Part shown: positions 24,753 through 31,951 of the stretch, piece after piece
Position numbering within the stretch: position 1 is the stretch's first letter
Layout: each line of letters opens with the position of its first letter
DNA from: Candidatus Asbonarchaeum danakilense
Lineage (GTDB): Archaea > Nanohalarchaeota > Nanosalinia > Nanosalinales > Nanoanaerosalinaceae
Direction: 5' to 3'
Assembly: GCA_034190465.1 (NCBI GenBank)
Contig: JAXINV010000079.1
Coordinates: 1-31,951, forward strand
DNA length: 31,951 bases
Translations under genes and position numbers: made by a program
Notes under the pieces: model-generated
The model's database searches: none
What the model saw: the letters and a program-made list of their open reading frames with translations, nothing else
Told to the model about the DNA's origin: nothing

Positions 24753-26639
24753 GTGATTCTTGTGGCAGGACTTGATGAAGTCAAGGAGATGCTTCCGGAC
24801 GACGCGATGATCCAGGATGCGAAGTATGAAGCGTCCGACATCGTGTTCTACACGAAAAGCAGAGATTTCTTTCTGGACAACGAAGATGTTGTCCGGGACA
24901 TCGTCTCGACGATCAAGAAACGCGTGGAGATCCGTCCTGCGCCGAACATCCGGCTGGGTGAGGCGGAGGCGAAGGAACGTATCGAGGATATCGTGCCGGA
25001 CGAGGCGGATCTTCAGGAGATGCATTTCCAGCCTGGGTTCGGCAAGGTCGTCATCCATGCCCGCAAGCCGGGCCTTGTGATCGGCAAGTCGGGCTCGACG
25101 CTGGACGAGATCAAGGAGAAGACCCGCTGGATGCCTGAGGTCGTCCGCGTCCCCGCCATCGAGTCGAAGGTGGTCGATCGGGCGCGTGAGATCATCCAGG
25201 AAGGTGCGGACTTCCGGAAGGACTTCCTGCACGATGTCGGGAAGAAGATCCAGCTGGAGAAGAGTATCGGCGATGAATGGGTCCGGGTGACCGGGCTGGG
25301 TAGTTTCCGCCAGGTCGGTCGCTCGTCGATCCTGCTCCAGACTGAGGAGTCGGACATCCTGCTGGACTGCGGTATCGACCCGACGGGTGAGGGCCAGGAC
25401 GCGTTCCCACACTTGGATGTGCCGGAGCTGAACCTGGACAGGCTGGACGCGGTGATCGTGTCCCACGCCCACCTGGACCACTGCGGCATGGTGCCGTACC
25501 TTTTCGAGTTCGGGTACGATGGCCCGGTGTACTGCACCGAGCCGACCCGGGACATCATGATCATGCTCCAGCTTGACTACCTTGACGTTGCGCGACGTGA
25601 GGGCAACACCGCCCCGTACGATTCGACCGCGATCAAGGAGGAGGTCAAGCGGACGATCACCCTGGATTACGGCGAGGTAGCGGATATCACGCAGGACATG
25701 CGGCTGACGTTCAACAACGCAGGCCATATTCTCGGGAGCGCGTCGGCGCACCTACATATAGGCGAAGGCCTGCACAACATAGTGTACTCAGGAGACATCA
25801 AATACGACCAGACCGAGCTGCTCCGTCCGGCGGATCCGAAGTTCAACCGGGTGGAGACGCTGATCCTGGAGTCGACGTACGGCGATAAGAAGGGCGACAT
25901 GCCGGACCGGAAGAAGGCGATGAAGAAGTTCAAGAAGCTGATCCGGGAGAAGGTGAAGGAGGGGGAGAAGGTCCTGATCCCGTCGTTCGCCGTCGGCCGT
26001 GCCCAGGAGATTATGGTGATGATCGCGGAGGAGTCGGAGAAGGACTACTTCGACGTCCCGGTCTACCTTGACGGGATGATCTGGGACGCGACCGCGCTCC
26101 ACACCGCGTATCCCGAATACCTGTCGAAGAAGGTGCAGAACAAGATCTTCAAGGAGGAGGACAACCCGTTGATGAAGGACTGCTTCCAGCGGGTCGGCAG
26201 CAACGAAGAACGGGAGGATGTGATCGATGGCGGGCCGTGTGTCGTGCTTGCGACGTCGGGCATGGTCACAGGCGGCCCGATCATGTCGTACCTGGAGTCG
26301 CTGGCGGAGGACCCGGACAACCGGATGATCTTCGTCGGCTACCAGGCCTCGGGGACGTACGGCAATAAGATCCAGTCCGGCCGGTCGAAGATCACGCTGC
26401 CGGGTAACGACAAGCCGACACACCTCAACCTGGATGTGAAGACTGTGGAAGGGTTCTCGGGCCACAGTTCCAGGCAGCAGCTGATCAACTACGTGAAGAA
26501 CCTGCCGAACAACCCGCAGAAAATCCTGTGCAACCACGGGGATGATTCGTCGACGTTCCAACTGTCCTCGACGCTGCACAAGATCTTCAACACGGACACG
26601 TCGGCGCCGCAGAACCTGGAGACGATCCGGCTGAACTGA
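24753..26639 (+). CDS. fttA: beta-CASP ribonuclease aCPSF1 (FttA) with KH domains
   Basis: KPGLVIGKSG (KH), VGRS, SHAHLDH, AGHILGS, ESTYG, FAVGRAQE, FSGHS and NLETIRL. The start may be GTG 24762. Confidence 0.96.
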   Translation: MILVAGLDEVKEMLPDDAMIQDAKYEASDIVFYTKSRDFFLDNEDVVRDIVSTIKKRVEIRPAPNIRLGEAEAKERIEDIVPDEADLQEMHFQPGFGKVVIHARKPGLVIGKSGSTLDEIKEKTRWMPEVVRVPAIESKVVDRAREIIQEGADFRKDFLHDVGKKIQLEKSIGDEWVRVTGLGSFRQVGRSSILLQTEESDILLDCGIDPTGEGQDAFPHLDVPELNLDRLDAVIVSHAHLDHCGMVPYLFEFGYDGPVYCTEPTRDIMIMLQLDYLDVARREGNTAPYDSTAIKEEVKRTITLDYGEVADITQDMRLTFNNAGHILGSASAHLHIGEGLHNIVYSGDIKYDQTELLRPADPKFNRVETLILESTYGDKKGDMPDRKKAMKKFKKLIREKVKEGEKVLIPSFAVGRAQEIMVMIAEESEKDYFDVPVYLDGMIWDATALHTAYPEYLSKKVQNKIFKEEDNPLMKDCFQRVGSNEEREDVIDGGPCVVLATSGMVTGGPIMSYLESLAEDPDNRMIFVGYQASGTYGNKIQSGRSKITLPGNDKPTHLNLDVKTVEGFSGHSSRQQLINYVKNLPNNPQKILCNHGDDSSTFQLSSTLHKIFNTDTSAPQNLETIRLN

Positions 26640-26689
26640 CGGGGAGACCACCAACGTTTTAAAGTAGCGACTCCATTGTAGTAACAGCG

Positions 26690-26818
26690 ATGACAGGACG
26701 TTCTTCACGGGGCGATGTCAAGGTGAAGCGGGAGCGGGCCGTGGACGAGATGTGGTCAAGAATCGACCCGCTGATGCACCGCCGCCACGAAGAGGCGATG
26801 GATCGCCGGACAGGTTAG
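26690..26818 (+). CDS. small hypothetical protein (42 aa)
   Basis: MTGRSSRGDVKVKRERAVDEMWSRIDPLMHRRHEEAMDRRTG. TTTTAAA at 26657-26663 sits at leaderless spacing. Confidence 0.5.
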   Translation: MTGRSSRGDVKVKRERAVDEMWSRIDPLMHRRHEEAMDRRTG

Positions 26819-26870
26819 ACGGATACACTGCCCGGCCGCGCCCTAGAGACTCCGTTTTGCTCTGAAGCCG

Positions 26871-27140
26871 TCACCTGTCGATCAGTGCCTTGATCTTCTC
26901 TGGCTGGAAACCGATGACTGCCTGATCCCCAACGAAGGTCTGTGGCACGCCCTGTTGTCCTGTTTTCTGGATCATCTCCTTTGCTTTCTTCCGATTGGCG
27001 GCGACGTTGTGCTCGGTGTAGTCGATGCCTTCCTCATCAAGCCACTGCTTAAGCTTGGCGCAGTAGGGACAGGACGGAGTGGTGAAGATTTCGATTTGGT
27101 TTGTCTTTGAACTTCCGTCTTTGTCTGTGGTCTGTGGCAT
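26871..27140 (-). CDS. glutaredoxin (NrdH/YruB-like)
   Basis: TPSCPYC, GQQGVP and VIGF motifs. Confidence 0.92.
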   Translation of the reverse strand: MPQTTDKDGSSKTNQIEIFTTPSCPYCAKLKQWLDEEGIDYTEHNVAANRKKAKEMIQKTGQQGVPQTFVGDQAVIGFQPEKIKALIDR

Positions 27141-27252
27141 AGTAATCACTGTTTGTGTAATAATACCGAACTTTTATACACGATGTGGTCTGGTGTCGAG
27201 GGAACCGGGTAAGAGAAAGAGGAAGTGGGAGAAAGAAGAAGATGGGCGCGCA

Positions 27253-27600
27253 CTATCGGTGGATGTGCGCGTAGGCCGGGGTGGCGATGAGCCATTCCTC
27301 GTCGATGCCCGCCACGTCGCCGTCGACCGATTTGACGGTCTTCTTGATGCGATCGATGGCGCGCTTGAGGTCTGTCATGTCCTTGTCCTTCAGCGGCTTC
27401 ATCTTGACCCAGACGATGTTGCCGTCACGGATCATGGACTGGACCTGTTCAACGTCGCCGTACTCGTTCAGCGTAACGACCCGGATCTTGACCTTGGACG
27501 CAGTGTCTTCGTCCGCTTCCTCCAGTTCCACGTATTCGTCTTCGTCGAGTTCTTGGACTGAATCATCGTCGTCGCCGCCTAAGAGCTTTCTGAAAGGCAT
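27253..27600 (-). CDS. sepF: cell division protein SepF
   Basis: EYVEL...IRDGNIV...LKRAIDRIK...GDVAGI...IATP. Confidence 0.9.
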   Translation of the reverse strand: MPFRKLLGGDDDDSVQELDEDEYVELEEADEDTASKVKIRVVTLNEYGDVEQVQSMIRDGNIVWVKMKPLKDKDMTDLKRAIDRIKKTVKSVDGDVAGIDEEWLIATPAYAHIHR

Positions 27601-27663
27601 TATCGCTGACCTCCTGACAGGAAAGTATTGGGTGCAGGACACTTAAATGTGTTTGCGAAGTCG

Positions 27664-27915
27664 TCAGTTCTCCACGCTTTCCAGCATGGAGGCGATGTTC
27701 CAGACCTCGGTCCTGGTGTGCTGTGCGATGTTCGGATCGTTTGAGATCTCATCCAGGTAGCTCGTCGCTGTGTTCACGCGGACGGAGAGTTCCTCATCCT
27801 CGTCTTCAAGCGCCTCGATGGCGTTGTCAAGAAGATCCTGGACGTTGCTCGGTACCTGGGTGTCCTTGAGTTCTTCCATGCTGTCGATAACGTTCTGGAC
27901 GTCTGATTCTACCAT
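27664..27915 (-). CDS. UPF0147 family protein
   Basis: D..VP.NV...LDEISNDPNI..HTRT.VW.I.S.LE signature. Confidence 0.92.
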   Translation of the reverse strand: MVESDVQNVIDSMEELKDTQVPSNVQDLLDNAIEALEDEDEELSVRVNTATSYLDEISNDPNIAQHTRTEVWNIASMLESVEN

Positions 27916-27927
27916 GGTTACCACCCA

Positions 27928-28278
27928 TTACTGGGCCATACCTCCGCCCATGCCCTGCATCTCCTGCTGGAACTGGTTCTGGGTGTCCTGGACCTTCTCC
28001 TTGATCTGTTTTTCCTTCTTTTCCAGGCTCTTCAGCCGGACCTCGAGGTCTTCCTGTTTCTCCTCGAGTTCGTCCTTGAGCTCCTCGTAGTCCTTGGAGA
28101 CGAGTACCGTGCCGACGGACTTGTAGAGCTGCTCGTCCTGAGAATCCTCCAGCTCGTCGAGCGCCCGTTCGATTTCCTGTTTCTCTGTCTTCGCGTTTTC
28201 TTTCTGCATCGTTACCTGCTGCAGCTGCTGACGCATCTGCTGGATCTGCATCGCCATCTGTTGACTCTGGTCATCCAT
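27928..28278 (-). CDS. pfdB: prefoldin beta subunit
   Basis: Two coiled-coil arms around YKSVGTVLV. Operon context. Confidence 0.95.
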   Translation of the reverse strand: MDDQSQQMAMQIQQMRQQLQQVTMQKENAKTEKQEIERALDELEDSQDEQLYKSVGTVLVSKDYEELKDELEEKQEDLEVRLKSLEKKEKQIKEKVQDTQNQFQQEMQGMGGGMAQ

Positions 28279-28305
28279 GGGTGGTCACCTCTGCCCGTAG
28301 ACGGG

Positions 28306-28518
28306 CTAGACGAACTTTGAACTGAGCTTTGTGAGACGGGTGGTGGTGTTGAGTGTGCCACGAAGCACGCCCAAGCTATCTGTCTCGATGTCGATGACAA
28401 CGTTGTCGTCATCGACGCTGACATCAAAGGAAACGCGGTCCGATCCGCCGAGGTCGGGCTTGATCGCCGTGTGAACCTTTTCGGGCTTGTCAACGTCGAG
28501 CCGGAGTGTCGCCTCCAT
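28306..28518 (-). CDS. pcc1: KEOPS complex subunit Pcc1
   Basis: AIKPD...R...I.TDSLGVLRGTLNT. Located between rpoP and pfdB. Confidence 0.85.
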   Translation of the reverse strand: MEATLRLDVDKPEKVHTAIKPDLGGSDRVSFDVSVDDDNVVIDIETDSLGVLRGTLNTTTRLTKLSSKFV

Positions 28519-28658
28519 TATCGTGCCTGGACGGTCTGTTTCTCCTCGGGTCGTTGCTTGAGGATGATCCGACCGGAGCACTTGGGGCAGATGATCTTCT
28601 CCTTGACCGGGTTGATGTCAATCTCTTCCTCGCATTTCGCACAGACGTAGCCTGCCAT
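28518..28658 (-). CDS. rpoP: DNA-directed RNA polymerase subunit P (Rpo12); not in the ORF track
   Basis: MAGYVCAKCEEEIDINPVKEKIICPKCSGRIILKQRPEEKQTVQAR. TAATG overlap with pcc1. Confidence 0.93.
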   Translation of the reverse strand: MAGYVCAKCEEEIDINPVKEKIICPKCSGRIILKQRPEEKQTVQAR

Positions 28659-28663
28659 CTGTA

Positions 28664-28885
28664 TCAGTCCTCCAGGCGCTCCTGCGCAGCTTCGAGTTCC
28701 TCGGTTCCCTCGCGGATGGCCTTCTCGATCTTGTCCGCGGCACCGGTGTCGGACGTGTAGGCGCCACCGGCGATCTTCTTACCGGTCTTGGTATCCTTCC
28801 AGACTCCTGCTGCTTCTCGCTTCAGTTTCCCCTGTGCTCGCTCGTGTTCTTCCTTATCGACGAATTCTTTCTGTCGCTTGGGCAT
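28664..28885 (-). CDS. rpl37ae: ribosomal protein eL43 (L37Ae), truncated and Cys-free
   Basis: KREAAGVW...GKKIAGGAY motif. Canonical position between rrp42 and rpoP. GGTGA SD. Confidence 0.82.
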   Translation of the reverse strand: MPKRQKEFVDKEEHERAQGKLKREAAGVWKDTKTGKKIAGGAYTSDTGAADKIEKAIREGTEELEAAQERLED

Positions 28886-28974
28886 AGCGTTCACCACCGC
28901 TGTTGGCATGACTGTCTGTGAATATTTTTAAATACACGTGGTCTGTGGAAAAAATGGGGGAGGGAGACGGGCTG

Positions 28975-29772
28975 TTACGCCCGCTCCAGCGCGTCCCTGA
29001 CCTTCTCCCTGAGCATCTCGCCCTTTTCCTTGGACGTTCTCAGGATCTCCATGACATCGTCGTCGGACAGAGCCTCTGGCTCGCCCTTCTGCATGGAGAC
29101 GACGTTGCCGTCCTCCTTGATCGTCGAGGTCAGCCGTGCCCGACGGACGTCCTCTTCGTCGGCCGTCGTGTCGAACAGGATCTGACCTGCGATCTTGGAC
29201 CCGGTCACAGTCATGGGGAGACCTTCCGTCTCGAGCGGCTGCCGCTCGTCCCTGTCGACCGTGCCTTCCTCTTCGTCGTAGGTCGGGAGGTCGGCGAGCT
29301 TGAGCGCTGTAACAGCGCCCAGCGACGCCGCGTCGATCAGGTTGCCGTCGTAGTCGATGACGTGGATGTCAATGAAGACCATCCAGCACGTCTCGCCCTC
29401 CTCGATGATGAGTTCCTCGAGGTCGAGCATCCCGGATTCCCGGATACCTCGATCGACGAGCCGTGCGAGCTCTGTGGCCTCATCACCGGGCGGACCTGAC
29501 TCGTACCGCGGTGCCGCCATACGGGTCAGCTCGGCGTTGGTGATGATCGCGCCGGCGTCCGGCGTGTCGGGGTACGGATCCCCGGTCTCGGTCGAGATGC
29601 CGACGATGACCTTGGTGTCGCCCATCTCGACGTACGCGGAACCGTCCGCTGTCTCGTGGACGTAGTCGGGCTCGATGGTGATGTCACGGAACTCGTCGAA
29701 GTCCCGGCCATCCAGCCGTTCACCGTCTTCGACCGTCTTCCTGATGTTAGTCTCGTTGATTTGTAGGACCAT
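28975..29772 (-). CDS. rrp42: exosome subunit Rrp42
   Basis: RLDGR..DEFR, ADGSA, ELARLVDRGIRES and DYDGNLIDA motifs. Confidence 0.96.
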   Translation of the reverse strand: MVLQINETNIRKTVEDGERLDGRDFDEFRDITIEPDYVHETADGSAYVEMGDTKVIVGISTETGDPYPDTPDAGAIITNAELTRMAAPRYESGPPGDEATELARLVDRGIRESGMLDLEELIIEEGETCWMVFIDIHVIDYDGNLIDAASLGAVTALKLADLPTYDEEEGTVDRDERQPLETEGLPMTVTGSKIAGQILFDTTADEEDVRRARLTSTIKEDGNVVSMQKGEPEALSDDDVMEILRTSKEKGEMLREKVRDALERA

Positions 29773-30518
29773 TAGCTTTCACCTCCGTTGTAGTCACCGA
29801 CGTTTTCGAACTCCTGCCTGAGGGCGTCTTTCTGCGCCTCGAACAGTTTCTGGTTGCCGCGCTCGGCAAGCTGCAGTCCTTCCTCCACGTCGTCGGCGGT
29901 GATGTCGCCGTCCATCTGGAGGAGGGTGATCTCGTCGATGTTGCCGTTGATCGTCGCGACGGGGATGTCTGCCTTACCGTAGGCGTCTTCCTCGCCTGCG
30001 ACGTCGAGCACCATCTGGTCTTCGAGCTTGCCGACTGCTGATGCCTGGACGATCCCCTTCATCGGGATGCCGGCGTCAGCCAGTGCAAGTCCTGCCGCGG
30101 TGATGCCGGTCACTCGTGTCGAGGCGTCGGCCTCGATGACCTGGACATCGACCTTGATCGCAGCCTTGGGGAACTCCTCGAGCCGGACTGCGGGTTCCAG
30201 CGCTCGCTTGGTGACGAGGCTGATCTCTTTGTCCCGCCTGCTGGGCTTGGGACTCATCCGGTCGTCGACGGAGAATGCTGCCATGTTGTACTTGGCCTGG
30301 AGCACTGCCTTGTCGGGCTCCTGCAGGTGCTGCGGGTGCAGCTCCTTCGGTCCTTCGACGCCGGCGATGACACGGGTGTTCCCGATCTCGACCAGCGCGG
30401 AGCCGTCAGGCCTGTTGAGGATGCCGACCTCGATGTTGAGGTCACGCATCTCGTCCGGTGCCCTGCCGTCGAGGCGTTCACCGTCGACGAGCAGGTCCTC
30501 TTTCTGTTTCTGTGGCAT
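29772..30518 (-). CDS. rrp41: exosome exonuclease Rrp41
   Basis: RLDGR..DEMR, DGSA, PSRRDKEIS, ADASTR, EED..GKAD and LLQMDG motifs. Confidence 0.96.
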   Translation of the reverse strand: MPQKQKEDLLVDGERLDGRAPDEMRDLNIEVGILNRPDGSALVEIGNTRVIAGVEGPKELHPQHLQEPDKAVLQAKYNMAAFSVDDRMSPKPSRRDKEISLVTKRALEPAVRLEEFPKAAIKVDVQVIEADASTRVTGITAAGLALADAGIPMKGIVQASAVGKLEDQMVLDVAGEEDAYGKADIPVATINGNIDEITLLQMDGDITADDVEEGLQLAERGNQKLFEAQKDALRQEFENVGDYNGGES

Positions 30519-30524
30519 TGACTA

Positions 30525-31199
30525 TCACTTCCGCTCCTTCAGCCATTCCTCGACCTTGCTGGTGAGTCCGGAGACGTGGGCTTCCTTGGCGACCTTGTAG
30601 CAGGCCTGGGCCGCCAGGCTTTCCTTGTCGCCGTTGATCCAGACCCGTCCGTTCTGGCCGATGACGATGCTGGTGTTGGTATTGTCCTTGATCGTGTTTA
30701 CCATCGTGCCCTTCTTGCCGATGAGGCGGGGCACTTTCGTGGGAGGTACGGTGATGACACGTCCCTCCTCAAGCTTGCGGGCACGCTTGTCCTGCATTGT
30801 GAGCTGGACGTCTTTGCCCTTCGTGACTTTCTGGATCTTGCCGACGACGACGTCACCGATGTCGAACCAGTCTGCGATGTCGTCCTCGGTCAGGTCGACG
30901 TATTCTTCCACCGCTTCGCCGATCGGGAGGATGGCGTCGTACGGTGAGTTGATGTCGACTGTCCAGTTTGAGTGGGATACACGGGAGATCTCGCCGATGA
31001 CGGAGTCTCCTTTCTCGGGGACGTACCGTCCGCGTCGCGGACTGACACGTACCTCCCCGTCCCTGAACTCGACGGTACCGACGTATTCGGAGAGGATGTT
31101 GCCCGCCTCCAGGTAGGTACCGTCGCCCGGGCTTGCTTCGCCCGATGCCAGTGCCTGTCCAGGCACGACGATGTCACGGTTGTTGACTAATTTTTCCAT
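30525..31199 (-). CDS. rrp4: exosome RNA-binding subunit Rrp4
   Basis: VVPG, YVPEKGDSVIG (S1), VPRLIGKKG (KH) and GQNGRVW motifs. Confidence 0.96.
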   Translation of the reverse strand: MEKLVNNRDIVVPGQALASGEASPGDGTYLEAGNILSEYVGTVEFRDGEVRVSPRRGRYVPEKGDSVIGEISRVSHSNWTVDINSPYDAILPIGEAVEEYVDLTEDDIADWFDIGDVVVGKIQKVTKGKDVQLTMQDKRARKLEEGRVITVPPTKVPRLIGKKGTMVNTIKDNTNTSIVIGQNGRVWINGDKESLAAQACYKVAKEAHVSGLTSKVEEWLKERK

Positions 31200-31220
31200 G
31201 GTTGGTTCACCTTGTGGTAA

Positions 31221-31372
31221 TGTGAGAGTGAGTGGTGGATTGGCACGTTACAGCTGTATCTAGCTGGTTTGTAGCCCTCGATAGGCGTCGTGAAGTCATG
31301 TGCATCCACCTTGTGTGATGAAGGAGAATTCGGGGTTATCGGAAAACTTTTTCTCCTCTTTTTTCTCTCACA
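31221..31372 (-). ncRNA. structured 5' leader of the exosome operon
   Basis: TATAAAA at 31393-31399. Stems UGUGAGAG/CUCUCACA, GGAGAA/UUCUCC, GGUGGAU-GCAC/GUGC-CA-AUCCACC and CAGCU/AGCUG. SD AGGTGA at 31207-31212. Confidence 0.65.
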
Positions 31373-31461
31373 GACGGATGCGTCCGGAAATCTTTTATAG
31401 GTGCTGGCGAGCACCCGGCTATATTAGGCGTCGGCCCGCATAGGGAGACAGGTGGGCCACG

Positions 31462-31951
31462 ATGGCAGACGACGAGGAGGTCGAGGAAGCGGTGGAGAAG
31501 AAGGAAAGCACGTTCCAGTGGGTCGGTGACAGCGAGACGTACGAGGACGAGACCATCGACCTGGCGGAGCCCGAAACGACGGACGAGGGCGACGAGCGCG
31601 GATACGAGGACAGGAAACGGTCGTTCCTGGAGGCGGTCGACCACTACGTCTCAGCCCGGAAGAACCCGAACACGGGCCAGTCGATGCGCAACCACAAGCG
31701 CCGCAGCACGTCCGGCACCTCGATGAGCGAGTTTGAGCAGAAGATAGAGAAACGTGCCAAATACCTGGGCGGCGAACTGGAGGACCATGGCGATGCTGTG
31801 AAACAGTACGGCAGGAGGCTGAAGGACGACCTCAGCAACGACGACTACGAGAGCGCTGTCGAGGACATCGCCGCGATCTACAAGGCGACAGGCGACGACG
31901 ATCTCCGCGACTCACTCATGGGCAAGGTCAAGGACCTGTACGAACACGAGA
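31462..31951 (+). CDS. acidic hypothetical protein, partial (runs off the window)
   Basis: Open frame MADDEEVEEAVEKKESTFQWVG... to the window end. AGGTGG SD-like motif upstream. Confidence 0.75.
   Translation, partial: MADDEEVEEAVEKKESTFQWVGDSETYEDETIDLAEPETTDEGDERGYEDRKRSFLEAVDHYVSARKNPNTGQSMRNHKRRSTSGTSMSEFEQKIEKRAKYLGGELEDHGDAVKQYGRRLKDDLSNDDYESAVEDIAAIYKATGDDDLRDSLMGKVKDLYEHE

Overview
GC-rich archaeal chromosome segment with a strongly acidic (Asp/Glu-rich) proteome. Salt-in composition together with a complete exosome core (rrp4-rrp41-rrp42, absent from Halobacteria) and compact gene spacing points to a DPANN Nanohaloarchaeota-like organism (inference). Housekeeping genes: Hrq1/MrfA-type DUF1998 helicase, mre11-rad50, proS, psmB-aCPSF1, and the exosome-eL43-rpoP-pcc1-pfdB-UPF0147-sepF cluster. 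Accessory genes: an ATP-grasp ligase, an aldehyde dehydrogenase, a class III aminotransferase, a frameshifted mscL, redoxins, Zn-ribbon microproteins and acidic orphans. The most unusual signals are largely non-coding. (1) Six 100-170 nt intergenic segments fold by eye into multi-branched RNAs closed by 5'/3' pairing. Five sit just downstream of a clear TATA box, and three are leaders of proS, the exosome operon and a 929-aa wHTH/double-metallophosphoesterase gene. (2) A 56-57 nt periodic array at the proS stop codon re-encodes Ala-Lys-Asn-Tyr in every copy with synonymous, compensated changes, and a related 57-nt two-hairpin element lies in frame inside proS. All RNA structures were paired by hand and no database search was possible.
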